Shown: positions 17,355-32,969 of the stretch, in pieces
Layout: every line of letters starts with the position of its first letter
Position numbering within the stretch: position 1 is the first letter of the stretch
DNA from: the human T2T-CHM13v2.0 reference genome, Homo sapiens
Length of the DNA: 64,000 nt
Assembly: GCF_009914755.1 (NCBI RefSeq)
Contig: NC_060932.1
Direction: 5' to 3' (one strand)
Position numbers and translations under genes: made by a program
Notes under the pieces: model-generated
The model's database searches: none
What the model saw: only the letters and a program-made list of their open reading frames with translations
Told to the model about the DNA's origin: nothing

Positions 17355-18289
17355 TACATTCGTAATGTTGTGGCAACCGTCACCACCATCCATTTCCTTA
17401 ACTCATTTAGTCTTGTAAGACCAAAACTCTATATCCTTTAAACAATAACTTCCCATTCCGCCCTCTCTCCAGCCCCTAGCAACCACCATGCTACTTTCTG
17501 TCTCTGTGATTTTGACCACTCTAAGTAATCTCATCTAAGTGGAATCATACAGTATTTGTCTTTTTGTGACTGGCTTCTTTCACTGAGCATCAGGTTCTTA
17601 AGGTTCATCCATGTTATAGCATATTGCAGAAGTTTCTTCCTTTTTAAGGCTGAATAATATTTCATTGTATAGCTCACACTTTGCTTATTCATTCATCCAT
17701 CGATGGACAGTTGGGTTGCTCCCACATTTTAGCTATTATAAATAATGCTGTTATTAACATGTGTATGCAAATATCTCTTCAAGATCCTGCTTTCAATTCT
17801 TTTGAGTATATACCCAGTGGTGGAATTGCAGGATCATATGGTAATTCTATGTTTAGCCTTTTGAGGAACCACAATGCTGATTTTCATCATGGCTGCACCA
17901 TTTTATATTCCCACCAACAGCACACAAGCATTCCAATTTCTTCACATCCTTGCTGACATTTATTATTTTTTATAGTAACCATCATAATGGATAGAGATGT
18001 TCTTAATTTTTTAAAAAATAAAGATATTTAAGAATTTTTTTAAAAAGTTATTCTCAACTTTAAAAACCATCTGGGGAAAATTAGAGGACCTAATAAGGAG
18101 TGTAACCAGAGTCAAGCCCTGCATCCAATTCCATGTAGAGGTGCCCCAGCATAACAGCCTGTTCCCCACCTGTCCCATTAAAAAGGCTGACAGTCAGCAA
18201 CCCAGGTTCTAGACACAGAGCTCTCAATTCAGTCTCTTTATTGCTTTGGTTTTACACATAGACAATGCACCTAATATTTGCAATGTAAA

Positions 18290-19710
<1,421 letters not shown>

Positions 19711-20159
19711 TAACACTTGCTTATTGCTTATAAAATCCACATACAGAGAAATCCTGGGCAAATCTATGATGGTTACAGAATACAATGAAGCAAGTACCAA
19801 CCCTGAAGTGGCAGGAAGTGGGGCGAGTCAGAAGGAAGGATGTGAGCAGAAATTGCCTTGCCTTACAGAGTGAAGAATCAGGATACAGTGGACAAAATAA
19901 GACATGAAGTGTAAGGATGTTGTTTCAGGCTGCACACGTGTCCCAGAGAAGAAGAAACCAAGCATCGTGATAGAACTCTGTTGAGCCAGGCAAAGTATGA
20001 ATGGTCTGATCTTCCTCCATCATGGAAAGAAACTTATACTGATTCATCAAGAAGCAGGGATAGAAGCCTGTTTATATTGTTATTTATTTTAGAGACTATA
20101 AAAGTGACTAACCAAAAGAACCAAAACAGGGATGGTTGGGAAAAACGTGGTTATCTTTG

Positions 20160-20376
20160 GGCAGTGAGGCCACCTTGACTGGAAGACTGCCCAAGAGTGA
20201 AGGTGACAAAGGAACCAAGATCAGGAGACCAAGAAAAGAGGACAATCCAGATCCAACAATATCGCTAGAGTCCCTTGGTCAAGCTGAATATGGAAATGAG
20301 CTTTTCCCTATGTAAGCCAATAAAGTCTGCTTTTGAGTTGGGTTTCTGGAACTTGCCATTAAAAATGCCCAATACA
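20160..20376 (+). mobile_element. MLT1 (old MaLR) LTR 3' part
   Basis: tatgtaagccaataaagtctgcttttgagttgggtttctggaacttgc...cccaataca. Confidence 0.6.
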
Positions 20377-20554
20377 TGCCAACTACTCCTCCCCTTTCCC
20401 TCCCACCTCCCCTCCAGTTAAGGTCTTTGCCTTCTCATCTTTATAAACTTGCATTGCCAGATGCCTTGTGTATATATTTACATAAGAAGTTCAAAGTTCC
20501 TAGGTATGCGAGTTAATAGTGGAATTATTTAATTGATAAGTCCAAGTTTATCTA

Positions 20555-21172
<618 letters not shown>

Positions 21173-21194
21173 AAAAGATTTTTAAAAGTAAGGA

Positions 21195-21448
21195 GGAGGC
21201 CGAGGTGGGAGGATGGCTTGAGCCCAGGAGTTCAAGTTAGGCAACATGACAAAATCCTGTCTCTGCAAAAAATATAAAAATTAGTTGGGCATGGTGGCAT
21301 GTGCCTGTAATCCCAGCTACTTGGAGGTTGAGGTGAGAGAATCACCTGAGCCCAGAAGGCCAAGGCTGCATTGAGCCATGATGAAGCCACTGTACTCCAG
21401 CCTGGGCGTCGGAGTGAGACCATGTCTCAAAAAAAAAAAAAAAAAAAA
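21195..21448 (+). mobile_element. AluJ, 5'-truncated
   Basis: Starts at ggaggccgaggtgggagg; ends in A20. Confidence 0.88.
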
Positions 21449-21599
21449 GGAGGCAATGATGATTTGAAGCGACCAGATTGTCTGCCTCAGTTGAGTTTCT
21501 GGGTTTGGAGCCTCTCTGGTAGCCACAACAAGAATATTCTTGGATTGAGCCCCAAAGTTCTGCTGGTTGAACAAAATGCATGGCTGTCTTCTTCCATTT

Positions 21600-21775
21600 T
21601 TAGAATCATAGAGTCCTGGAATACCAGAAATGAAAGGGTTTTAGAGATCACCTAGTGTAACACCCCCATTTTTACACATGAGAAACTGGGACCCTGGGAG
21701 CTTCCATGGTTTGCTCAGAGGACACTCTGAGGGTGAGTGGCAGAACCAAGACTGGAAGCTGGGTTTCTCCAGGCT
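21600..21775 (-). mobile_element. MIR fragment
   Basis: ttagagatcacctag...cccattttacacatgagaaactggg. Confidence 0.65.
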
Positions 21776-23039
21776 CACAGTCCCTGGCTCCTTGTGTTGA
21801 GTCTTTGGGGAGGAGGAAGAAAAATGAGAGCAAAATGATAGGGTCAGGACTGCAGAATCAAATGAGAAGCACCAACCGAGATAGGAAGGTTTCTTGAATG
21901 ACAATGACTGACACCTGGGTCTATGCAGGGGGCCTCCCTGCTCAGGACTTTCTCTGAGTGTGGCCCAGGCTAAGGAATTCTGAGGCCCTTCTGATGCTAA
22001 GACCTTGGATCTGGGAGACTAAGACATGTGGACTGGTAAATCCTTCCTGTGTCTTCTAGGTGTGCAGAAGCGCACAAGGACACCTCCCAGCTGGCGTCAT
22101 TGAGGCCGGCAGCATTTTGACATGTGGGTCAGGGTTCTCTGGGTCATACTGTCATGTTTTGAACTCTTTTCTGTTGGAGAAAATTTTACCATTTTTTCAA
22201 ACCCAATCAATAGTATGGTATAGTCTTGTTTAAATGTCACATAATCGCACTGAAGAAACATCTAAAGGAGAAAAAAAGAACTACCTTTAGCCTCACAACC
22301 TTCACCCTATAACTGACTTCCCTTTTGCTTTTTCTCTTCTGGCCCTTGTCCATGTGCACACATAATTTTGCTTGGTTGTAATGAGAAGACACATACAATT
22401 TTGTATTAAAGCAATAAAGTTTTAATGATGTATAGATATACAAAGAAAATAGCTATAAAGCAATATTTATGCAGGTTTGTAGGGGAAAAATCCATTTTAA
22501 AGGAGACAGTATGGAATAATAGAACATCTTAGAGTAGTCCATTTGGGATAGTGCTTATAAGACTTTAATAACATTTCTTCTCTTTCCTTTTTATATTGTT
22601 CCTTAACCAAGTCATGATGAAATAAATGTTATATATGTTCAGCTTATATTTGTGCCATTTGATTTTTAAAACAATCATGGTGCTTCACAAGAAAAAAAAA
22701 TATCATAGATCTTGGTGACTTCCACCCCAGTGAGAGGCCAGTTTTCCATAGCATTTGGTTTTATGTAAGCAAAGCCTAATTTTTGTATCCTCTGTCTTGC
22801 CATGCAAAATCAGCCAACCTCAAGTAATAAGCAAACAAGCATCGACCTATTATTTACTGTGCATCTAGTGCTGGTCATTATAAGGTTCACAAAATGGTAG
22901 ACCTTTGCCCACAAGGTCCTTTCAAACTCCTTGAAAAATGGAGGCAAAAGTACATTATTGAACTCTCAGTGAATTGACCTGATGTATTATATATTTAATT
23001 GTCTGTTTGTTTTCTGTCTATATTCTCCTTATACTGTAA

Positions 23040-23353
23040 GAAACATTTGCTATTCCTAATTCTGGAGGCTGGGAAGTCCAAGATCAAGGTGCCCGCAGAT
23101 CCAGTGTCTGGTGAGGGTTGCTTCCTGGCTTGTAGACAGTTGTCTTCTCTCTGTATCCTCACAGAGCAGAGGCAGTGAGTGAGCTCTGGTTAGATCATCT
23201 CTTTATAAGGACACCGGTTCCACCATGGGGGCTCAACCCTGTGACCTCTTCCACACCCAATTACCTCCTAGAGGCCCCATCTTCAAACACCACCGCACTG
23301 GGAACTAGGGCCTCAACATGTGAATTTGGGAGGGAACATTCAGTCCAAACCAC
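23040..23353 (-). mobile_element. MLT1A-like MaLR LTR (partial)
   Basis: ttctggaggctgggaagtccaagatcaaggtgcc ... tgaatttgggagggaacattcagtcca. Confidence 0.8.
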
Positions 23354-23664
23354 CCTCCTGCATGCCTGCCCACTGTGGCTCCCACTGTGTGGCTGACTGC
23401 CATTTTCTGTTGCACTCATGCTGGGGCTGCATCCTAGCTGCTAGCTTTCTTGCTGTCTCTCCAATTCCAGACTTTAAACGAACTGGTCTTTCTCATTGAT
23501 GTACCTCCAATAGCATAAGACAGATTGTATTATGTGAGAAGAGGGGTGGTCTTTGTACCTCTTATAACACTTCCACATGGACACACTAATGAGAAGGCTA
23601 ATGGATACATGAACACTCTGGCTTCCCTAAAATGCAGGCACTGATGGCACCTGTCCCTGTGATT

Positions 23665-24511
23665 GTGTATTCATCAGGATAATTCATAAAAAGCACAATC
23701 TACTTTCCCCAGTTTTAACAGGAAGGGATTTACAACAAGGAATCATATGCCTGGCTCACTGTATCAAAGATAGACTCTACACTGAGTGTATTAGTCCGTT
23801 CTCACACTGCTAATAAAACTTACCTGAGACTGGGTAATTTATAAAGGCAAGAGGTTTAATTGACTCAACAGTTCAGCACGGTTGGGGAGGCCTCAAGAAA
23901 CTTACAATCATGGTGGAAGGTGAAGCAAACACATCCTTCTTCACATGATGTCAGGAAGGAGAAGTGCAGAGTGAAGTGTGTTGGGGGAAGCCCCTTATAA
24001 AACCATCAGATCTCATGAGATGTCACTCACTATCATAGGAACAACATGGAGGTAACTGCCCCCATGCTTAAATTACCTCCCACCAGGTCCCTCTCATGAC
24101 ACATGGGGATTATGCGAACAACAATTCAAGACAAGACTTGGGTGGGGACACAGCCAAACCACATCACTAAGCTACCAGAAGCAACTCCCAAAGTCACAGC
24201 ACAGAACTGTACCACCAAGTTTCCTGCCACAATCAAGAAATTCCTGGTCAAATCAGGAAGCTACCACTACAACCAATGAATCCAAAGCAACACCACATTG
24301 CTGCAGTCCAGTCCCCTGCCCTTCTCGGCTCCAAATTCAAGTCTCCCCCTGGTGTAGCTGGTTGATATCATCTACATCACAACCAGAGATGTAGCTGCAA
24401 GGGAGTTTGGAAGTGTCATTCTTAGCTTCCCAGACTCTAGAATAATAGGGACTCTAGAGGACCAGAGGTTGAAATAAAGGCTAAGGGATCCCAGCCATGC
24501 TATCTTCCACA
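23665..24511 (-). mobile_element. Ancient LTR remnant (family uncertain) split by THE1C
   Basis: tgtattcatcagga... start, tagctgcaagggagtttggaagtg and ...tatcttccaca end, typical of old LTRs in antisense. Confidence 0.45.
23787..24166 (-). mobile_element. THE1C MaLR solo LTR
   Basis: tgtattagtccgttctcac ... cagccaaaccacatca; TSD ctgag/ctaag. Confidence 0.9.
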
Positions 24512-24524
24512 CTGAGAGAGAGGG

Positions 24525-24923
24525 AGATACGGTTTGGAAATTTCTCCCTTTCAAATCTCATGTCATAATTTGATTTCTGCTATTGGAGGTGGGGCCTAGT
24601 GGGAAGTGTTTGGGTCATGGGAGCAGATGCTACATGTACATCTTAGTGTCATCCTCAGAGAAATGAATGAGTTCTCACTCTATTAGATCACATGAGAGCT
24701 GGTTGTTTAACAGAGCATGACACCTCCCCCCGCCTCCTGTGCCCTCTCTCGCCATGTGACATGCTGGCTCCCTTTGCCTTCTGCCAAGAGTAAAAGCTTC
24801 CCAAGGTCCTCACCAGAGGCCAAGCAGATGCCTGCAGCCTGCAGAACCATGAGTCAAATAAACCATTTTTCTTTATATATACCTCAGTTATTCCTTTATA
24901 GTAGTGCGAAACAGACTAACACA
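24525..24923 (+). mobile_element. MSTB-like MaLR solo LTR
   Basis: gatacggtttgga...aaatctcatg ... aaacagactaacaca; TSD gaggg/gacgg. Confidence 0.85.
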
Positions 24924-26009
24924 GACGGAAATGCACCAAAATTAAGGAGTGGCCTTGTGTGCTCCCTATCTACTCATTTTAGTTACAGCAATTAATCCTC
25001 TATAGGTCAACAAACATTTACTGAACCTCTACTATCAGGAACTGCGCTCTGGGCTGAGAACATCAAGATGACTCCCACACTGAGGTTGCCTCTAAGGAGC
25101 TTGCAGTCTAGTGGGAAAATCAATTTGATGAACCAGTGGTTACAACACAGAGAAGGGTTTCTAGCAGAGATTTGCACAAAGCGCCAAGGGACCCCAGATG
25201 AAGCCATGCACTCTGGATTCCTCTCCTCTGAGAGGATCAACCAGGTGTCTACTGCTTCTTTTGATGTCCCCTGCTTTTCCCCAAGTGTTTTCTCTGAATG
25301 AGCTCTGGGGTCAGAGTCAAGGCAATCAGAGTTATAAATCACATGAAAGCTGGCCGAGCTGCCTCAAGTCCTGTTTTGTTGTCATTGTTTTAACAAAGCA
25401 CTGAAATGACTTTCCTCAAGCCAAAACTCTTTCAGCACGTATTGATACAGCTTTTTTCATACATGCATTTACATGTGTGTTTATGTAGTTCTGCTCGTAT
25501 CTATGTGCAAGCATCATTTGCGTACATATCCAGCCCATCCTTTGTGTACATCTGTACCCTTGAATGTTTGTGGGGTCACATGTATTTGCATGGAGCTGTG
25601 ATTCCACATGGGAGTGTCTGTGTGCATGGTATTTCAGCTTGCTTGTTGTTTGTAAAAACACATGAATGTAGATGAAAGTTTGAGGAAGGTCAAATAAAAA
25701 TAAATAAATTCAGGGAGGCATCAAGGAAGAGAGGCGCAGGCACCACACGTAAGTGGGTCTCACAGTGAATGGTGAAAGTGGCCTTAAGGGCATCTTGTTT
25801 TCTTTCTAGAGCTATCTTAGAAATTCTCTTGTATTATTTCCATGTAAAAGGACCCTTGAGTACAAGACTAGTCCCTGAACAGCACCCAACCCCCTGCTCA
25901 TCTCCTACCTTCTATACTGTGTGTTCCTGGAGAACAGAAACGGATCTTTTTCATCTCTGGAGCCACAGTGCACAATGTCCACCACAAAAGTGGTGTTCAA
26001 GAAAGAAAC

Positions 26010-26096
26010 CAGGAGGGAGGCAGAGAGGGAGGGAGAAAACAAGGGAGGGAGGAGGGATTGAGGGAGGAGGGAAGGGGCAGGCTGAGGGGAGGAGGA
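26010..26096 (+). repeat. G/A-rich purine tract with G-quadruplex potential
   Basis: gggagggaggagggattgagggaggagggaagggg has at least four G3 runs with short loops. Confidence 0.6.
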
Positions 26097-27639
26097 AATC
26101 AGCCCTATTCATCATGGGTGGACAATTAGCCCATGGTAATAGAACTGAGCTAATAAATTGCTGGATAAGATAGATGAGCACTAACCCACTGGAGCAAAGG
26201 GTGACCCCCTCTCCGACCCACCCTCATGTCTTCTTGGTCCGAGTAAGCTGCTCCCCTGACCCATCCGTGGACTCTTGGCCCTCGGGATGGGGGAGGCCCT
26301 TGAGTTGACCTCCATGAAGTGCATTTATCTACACAGATGCCTGGGCTGCAGTAGTGTGGGCAAAGCTCCAGCTGTGGGCTGAGCCTGGGTCTTTTCTTGA
26401 GGTCCTGCTTCTCTGAATGACTTTGGGTAAATCACTTAATCTCTCCGGGCCTCACCTGCAAGCATCCTTATCCCTTAAATGATGTATTGTGTGAGCTCTA
26501 AGGTTCTTTCCTGCCCCAGAATCCTGCGATGCCCTGCAGTGCCAGCCAATTCCTGCCTCCCCTGCCATCATGGAGGCTCTGGGTTCTGTTTGTGACAAAG
26601 GCCTTGGGAATGTGGCCCTTCCCCTCCAGCCACTGCCTCCTCCCTGGACAGTCTCCAGTTCTTGGTAGCCACACAGGCCTAATATTTGAGGAAAACAGTA
26701 CCACCTCCTGACAAGCAGACAGGATCAAAAACCAAGGTATCCGTACTTAAGCACAGGCAAGCACCAAATCTCAGGCCAGATACAGAGGTCGGCATTGGAG
26801 GTTGCTCCAGCAAGTCTATGCCCAATATAATTAAATCCACCCAATCCCAGGCCCAGTCCTTTCTTAGTCAAGCGTGCTCCCGGGGCTGCACAGACACCAG
26901 CAAATCCTTCCTAGGTTCCCTTGGCTACTCTGGAAGTCCTCTCCTCAATGCAGCCCCCTTTCTCTTCTCTGTCCTACTTCTCCCAATGGGTTCCCAGTTT
27001 CTCCACGTCCTTTTTACTAAGAGAGCATGAGCATGAAGGCCTCTCTTCAGGGAAGGGAAGACACTTCTCGCATTTATCCATTGCACGGACACATTAGCTG
27101 CTAGTGATTAAAGAGATCACAGGATCCACTCTCATTTTCAACTTCCCAGGGCACAGGAGAATAGAACAGAGGAGGCTGGCTGCTTCATCTGAGACTGGAA
27201 GGGGAGAAGGTGAGTGCAGATGAAGATATTTGCCTTGGGGAGGGAAGAGGGCAGGAAGTCAACTAATATTAATGTTCAAAGCACTTAAGAGCGTTCTGAG
27301 AAGGGTCCCCAGGATTAATGCATCCCATCCCTCTCCTAAAGGACTTTCCTGTCTAGTGAGGGAGACTGGCACATGAGATATAAATGGTAATTTGCATAAA
27401 GCATCCTGGAAAAAACTGCCTAATGCAGCCTACTGAGGGAGTTCCAATAACGGAGTCATTGATTCTGTCTGGAGAAGAATCAAGATAGGCATCCAAGAGG
27501 AAGTAGAACTTGAAGACTTTCAGAGGTTTCTGTCTTGTTGACTAGCAATAATAATAATATGCTACACCTTTGCTGCACCTTGTGGTTTACAAAGCAGCCT
27601 TGTGGCCTTTGTTCCATTTGATTCCATTTGTTTACGGGT

Positions 27640-28026
27640 ATCCATGCACTTCCACAGCCATTGAGCCTGCTACGCAGCAGGCACAGCTATGGCTCCTAAG
27701 ATGAAAAAGCGTAGTGTTGGCTCTCCAAGGTTTCAGAAGGGAAGCAAACAAACAATAAGAACGAGGCTAAGTATGAGTTCTGAAGGGATGCATCAAGTTA
27801 TTGTGGTGACAAAAGGGAGTGTGGAGCTTAACCCAGGGTTGAGCGTGGAGAGAAAGTTTGGAGATGGAATTAAGATTAGAACGCTTTAGTGGATGCTAGG
27901 AATGAGCAGGATGTATAGGGTAACCAGAGGGTCAAGATGGAAGAGAACATTCTGAAACAGCACAAGCAAAGGCAGTGACTGAGCATAGTTAGATGAGTAT
28001 AGGGAGGAGATGGGGACAGAAGAGCT
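27640..28026 (-). mobile_element. L2 fragments
   Basis: attgagcctgctacgcagcaggcacagct...; gaagagaacattctgaaacagcacaagcaaaggca. Confidence 0.55.
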
Positions 28027-28040
28027 AAAGATACAAGCAG

Positions 28041-28346
28041 GGGGGGCACAGTGGCTCACACCTGTAATGCCAACACTTTGGGAGACTGAGGCAGCCAAAT
28101 TGCTGAGCCCAGGAGTTTGAGACCGGCCTGGGCGACATATCAAAACTCCGTCTCTACAAAAAATACAAAAAATTAGCCAGGCATGGTAGCTCACACCTAT
28201 AGTCCCAGCTATTTGGGAGGCTGAAGTAGGAGAATCACCTAAGACCAGTTGAGGCTACTGTGAGCCAAGATCATGCCATTGCACTCCAGCATGAGTGACA
28301 GAGTGAGACCCTGTCTCAAAAAAATAAATGAAAATAAAAATAAAAA
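28041..28346 (+). mobile_element. AluJb
   Basis: Dimeric Alu; exact TSD aaagatacaagcag at 28027-28040 and 28345-28358. Confidence 0.92.
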
Positions 28347-28454
28347 AGATACAAGCAGATGCAAGATCACCCCCCAGGGCAATCCTGGAGCACAAAGGGC
28401 AGTAGAGACAACATCAGAATTACTTGAAGAGCTTTTTTAAAATATACACATCCT

Positions 28455-29158
<704 letters not shown>

Positions 29159-29468
29159 TCACAAACTCCTTTTGAAAATAAGAAATAAAACTGAGCAGTA
29201 TTCTCCATGCAATTCTGATTTCTAAGCCATCCCCTTCATCCCCTGGGTTAAGATGACTGCTGAAATGCATTTCAGCGTCTCCCTATCACTCCCTAAATCA
29301 AGAAGAGGATTCTCTTCCTGTCTCCTGGCCTTCTGGTTAGAATTAACTATGCTGGGCCCAGTGCTACCCACCTGTAGCCTGAAATTTTGGGATTCATGCT
29401 CTGTTTTACATCTCCTCTACAGCAGCACCATTAACCAGGCCTCTGTTGAATGACTTCTGTTGACTCTG

Positions 29469-29826
29469 TGTATTAGTCTGTTTTTACATTGCTGATAAAG
29501 ACATACCCATACAAGAAAATTTACAAAAGACACAGGTTTAATGGACTCACCGTTCCATGTGGCTGGGGAGGCCTCACAATCATGGTGGAAGGTGAAATGC
29601 ACTACTTACATGGTGGCAGACAAGAGAACAGAACTTGTGCAGGGAAACTCCCCTTTACAAAACCATCAGATCTCGTAAGACTTATTCACTATCATGAGAC
29701 TAGCATGGGAAAGACCCGCCCCCATGATTCAATTACCTCCCACTGGGTCCGTCCCACAACACATGGGAATTGTGGGAGCTACAGTTCAAGATGACATTTG
29801 GATGGGAACACAGCCAAACCGTGTCA
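29469..29826 (-). mobile_element. THE1B MaLR solo LTR
   Basis: tgtattagtctgtttt ... cagccaaaccgtgtca; perfect 5-bp TSD ctctg (29464-29468, 29827-29831). Confidence 0.92.
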
Positions 29827-30526
29827 CTCTGCTAGACCCTCTGGCTCTGACCCCTGGCCTGTCTAGATTTCTGATAGCTCCCAAGCCCTGTCTACACCTG
29901 TCTATCAGTCTGTGCATTGACTCAACAGCTTGGGTTAGGGTCAGCTTAGTCTCATCCCTGGTCCTAGTCAGCCCTATCAATTGCATCACCTGTCCCAAGA
30001 TGGCAGATTGAAGCTTCCCAGGTTTCACAGGGACTGCAGGATGACTGGCAAGTCTTTTCAGTGGAAGAGGGAGGGACTTCTTTCCAAACACGAGAATGAG
30101 AATATACAAAGGAATAAAAAACATAACATAACAAGTCTTAAAAGAATTTGGGACTTGAGAAACTGCAAAAAAACACAGTGTGGCTGCAGCATGTGGCACG
30201 AAGCAAGGGGCAGGGAGGATGACGCTGGGAAGCCAGCACAGAATGAGCCCTGGAAGGGCCTTATTTACAGAAGATCTGCCCGTGGGATATAAAACACTTC
30301 CATATGTGATCATTTGGGGGTTGTCAGTCAGCTTTCTAATCTCTGAATTATTGGGCTTCTGTTTTCTTAGAAAGTTTCTCAATGGTAAAGTTGTCATTTA
30401 AAATTAAGTTGGGTCCCAATAAATAATATAGTGAGTATCTAGTGACACTAAGGATAGTAGAGAGAGGTTGAACTTGAGATTTATGAAAGAAGCAAAATCA
30501 GGAGGCTGTTGTGAATCATTGAGGGG

Positions 30527-31160
30527 ATATATTAGCCAAGGATACTTTTGATTACCAGAACATTCAACACAAACTGGCATAAGCGAAAAGGAAACTGGTT
30601 TGCTCATGTAATGGGAAAAGTGCAGCAGTAAAGTGGGCTTCAGATGTGCTTCACTGAGAGGGACCCTGGGCCCCGACTCTTTCTCTGTGATCCACTGGGC
30701 TCTGCCTCCCTCGGTGATGGGCTGTGTCCTCCTGCTGGGTTTCTTCATGGTAGTCAAAAGGCTGAACTTGTTTCAACCTCATAGTTGTGCACCACCTTCT
30801 TCAAAGCAAAAAAGAGGTTTTCCTTTCTTCAGCTATCACACAAAAGCCATTCATTTACTCTATTTGGACCAGTCAGAACCAATCTCAGGGCCAGGGGAGG
30901 GCCACACAATGAATGATGTGGACCAACCTCTAAGCCAATTTCTATGGCAAGAGAGATGAAAACATTAAAGGATTTGTTCAAGGGCCTTGGACTAATCAGG
31001 GCCCACCATGTGGGCTAGGGGTAGAGTAAACTCTGCTGCAACTGCATAGCAAATACCCAGGGAGGCAGGTGGGAGAGGAGTAATTCCACAAATTAAAATC
31101 TGGGCACTGTGAGCAAGAGGAGAGAGAAGGAATGGATATTGGGTAAGAAGCCAACCCTTG
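30527..31160 (-). mobile_element. Old MLT1 (K/L-like) LTR
   Basis: tatattagccaaggatacttttgattacc...caaactggcataagcgaaaagg. Confidence 0.55.
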
Positions 31161-32594
31161 TCCATGCTAGAGGGTGAGGAAGGAAAGACTAGGGACTCTC
31201 TGGCTCTGAGACTGTGGATGTTAAACAACCTTAACAAAGCCTGGAGATACAGAAGAATTAAGTTTGGGGGCAGGCAGAGAGTTGAGGGAGAATAATAAAT
31301 TTGTTATTGAATTTTAAGTGACTAAAGGACACAGGTATAAGTGGAGATGTTTGATGATCAATTCTGGATGTTTCCAGGAACCTCACACCAGGGAAACCAC
31401 CACTAAATGATCCCACTGTTTATCCCAACACTGTGCCGAGTCTCTTTAGAGTTTTGAAAAACTCCACAGTTATTGATTAGCCGTTAGTGATTCCCTCCGT
31501 CCCGGCATAATTATTTCCTCTTCTTTCGTGCAACAACCTCCAAATAACTGGAAATGGGGCTGAGCAGGTGCAGATTGGAAGACAAAACACCCCTCTTAAT
31601 GTGAAAAATTAATTTGTGGCTCTAATTGCTTCAAACTCCAAAGGAAAAAAGAAAATCTCCATTCTCCCAGCATTCAAAATAGAACACAGGCTTTATTTGA
31701 ATAAAGAAAATAATCTGTCAAGGGAAAAATAAGGACTTATGCTGCTCAGATGTCAATCTTAACAACATTGTAAAGGAAAAGCAGGTTTAATTACAGTCAA
31801 ATCTACATAGAATCACTTTTGAATGGTGTGCACAGGAGCCTAAAGGTCTAAGATTTAGACGTGACAAGATACTTCAACAAAGGCTGGTGGAAACAGCCAA
31901 GTGTCGCGGGGTGGGGTGGGGGAGGCTTGACTCTGGACTGGAGTTGTGCCATACGGAATAGAGGGGGCCAAAGAAAAATATTCTCAAGTTGCCTTTTGAA
32001 TCTATTAAATCATCACAGAAAATTAAATCTAGACTCTCTTCCCCAAAGTATTTTATTTTCTAGAACACAGCCTTAATGGTTGTCCTGTATCCTTGTGAAG
32101 AACACACAAAGAAATGGCCTGGAATTTTCCAGTTTACCAATGTTAAAACAGAGGCTAAGAGAAAGGGCCCATCCGAAGCGATCCAGAAAGCCAGTGGTGA
32201 CTCTGAACGTGAGGAGCTAGAGCGATACCGCATCTCAGAAGCCAGGCCTCAGAGCCATCAACCAAAAACAGAAGGCAGTTAGTGTCGCTCCACAGAACAT
32301 AAGCCTACCCTTACCCATCTTTCCTAAGCCTTCCCCTCCCATTCCCCCAAAAAAAGAATTTGCAGAGAAAAGTAACCCATGTCCTCCTAGCGAAGCAATT
32401 TCTCTGCACCAGGGTCTGTAAACATTGGAGGGAGGATCTAGACAATTCAAAAGAATATATGCTTTACTAAGCTTAAAGGGACGTACCTCACAGGGCACCT
32501 GCGGGTCTGCAGCCAGATGGGTGCCCTCTGGCCCTGTGCCCAGGCCACTCTGCCCAGGCAGTGCAAATGGCCTCTCTTCAGCTCCCATCACTAG

Positions 32595-32969
<375 letters not shown>

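Larger units (their letters stand above)
16750..17993 (-). mobile_element. L1MB-type 3' end, interrupted by two Alus
   Basis: ttattgtgataaaatacacataacataaaatt ... gtggaatcatacagtatttgtc ... cccaccaacagcacacaagcattccaatttc. Confidence 0.85.

Noticed and set aside
25430-25670. Cys/Val/His-rich ORFs (also 44977..45378)
   Set aside because: They derive from degenerate (TG)n low-complexity sequence and MLT1 LTR.
29786-30397. 203-aa minus-strand ORF
   Set aside because: No recognisable domain, its C-terminus runs into a THE1B LTR and there is no splice or promoter support; probably chance. PhyloCSF or BLASTP would settle it.
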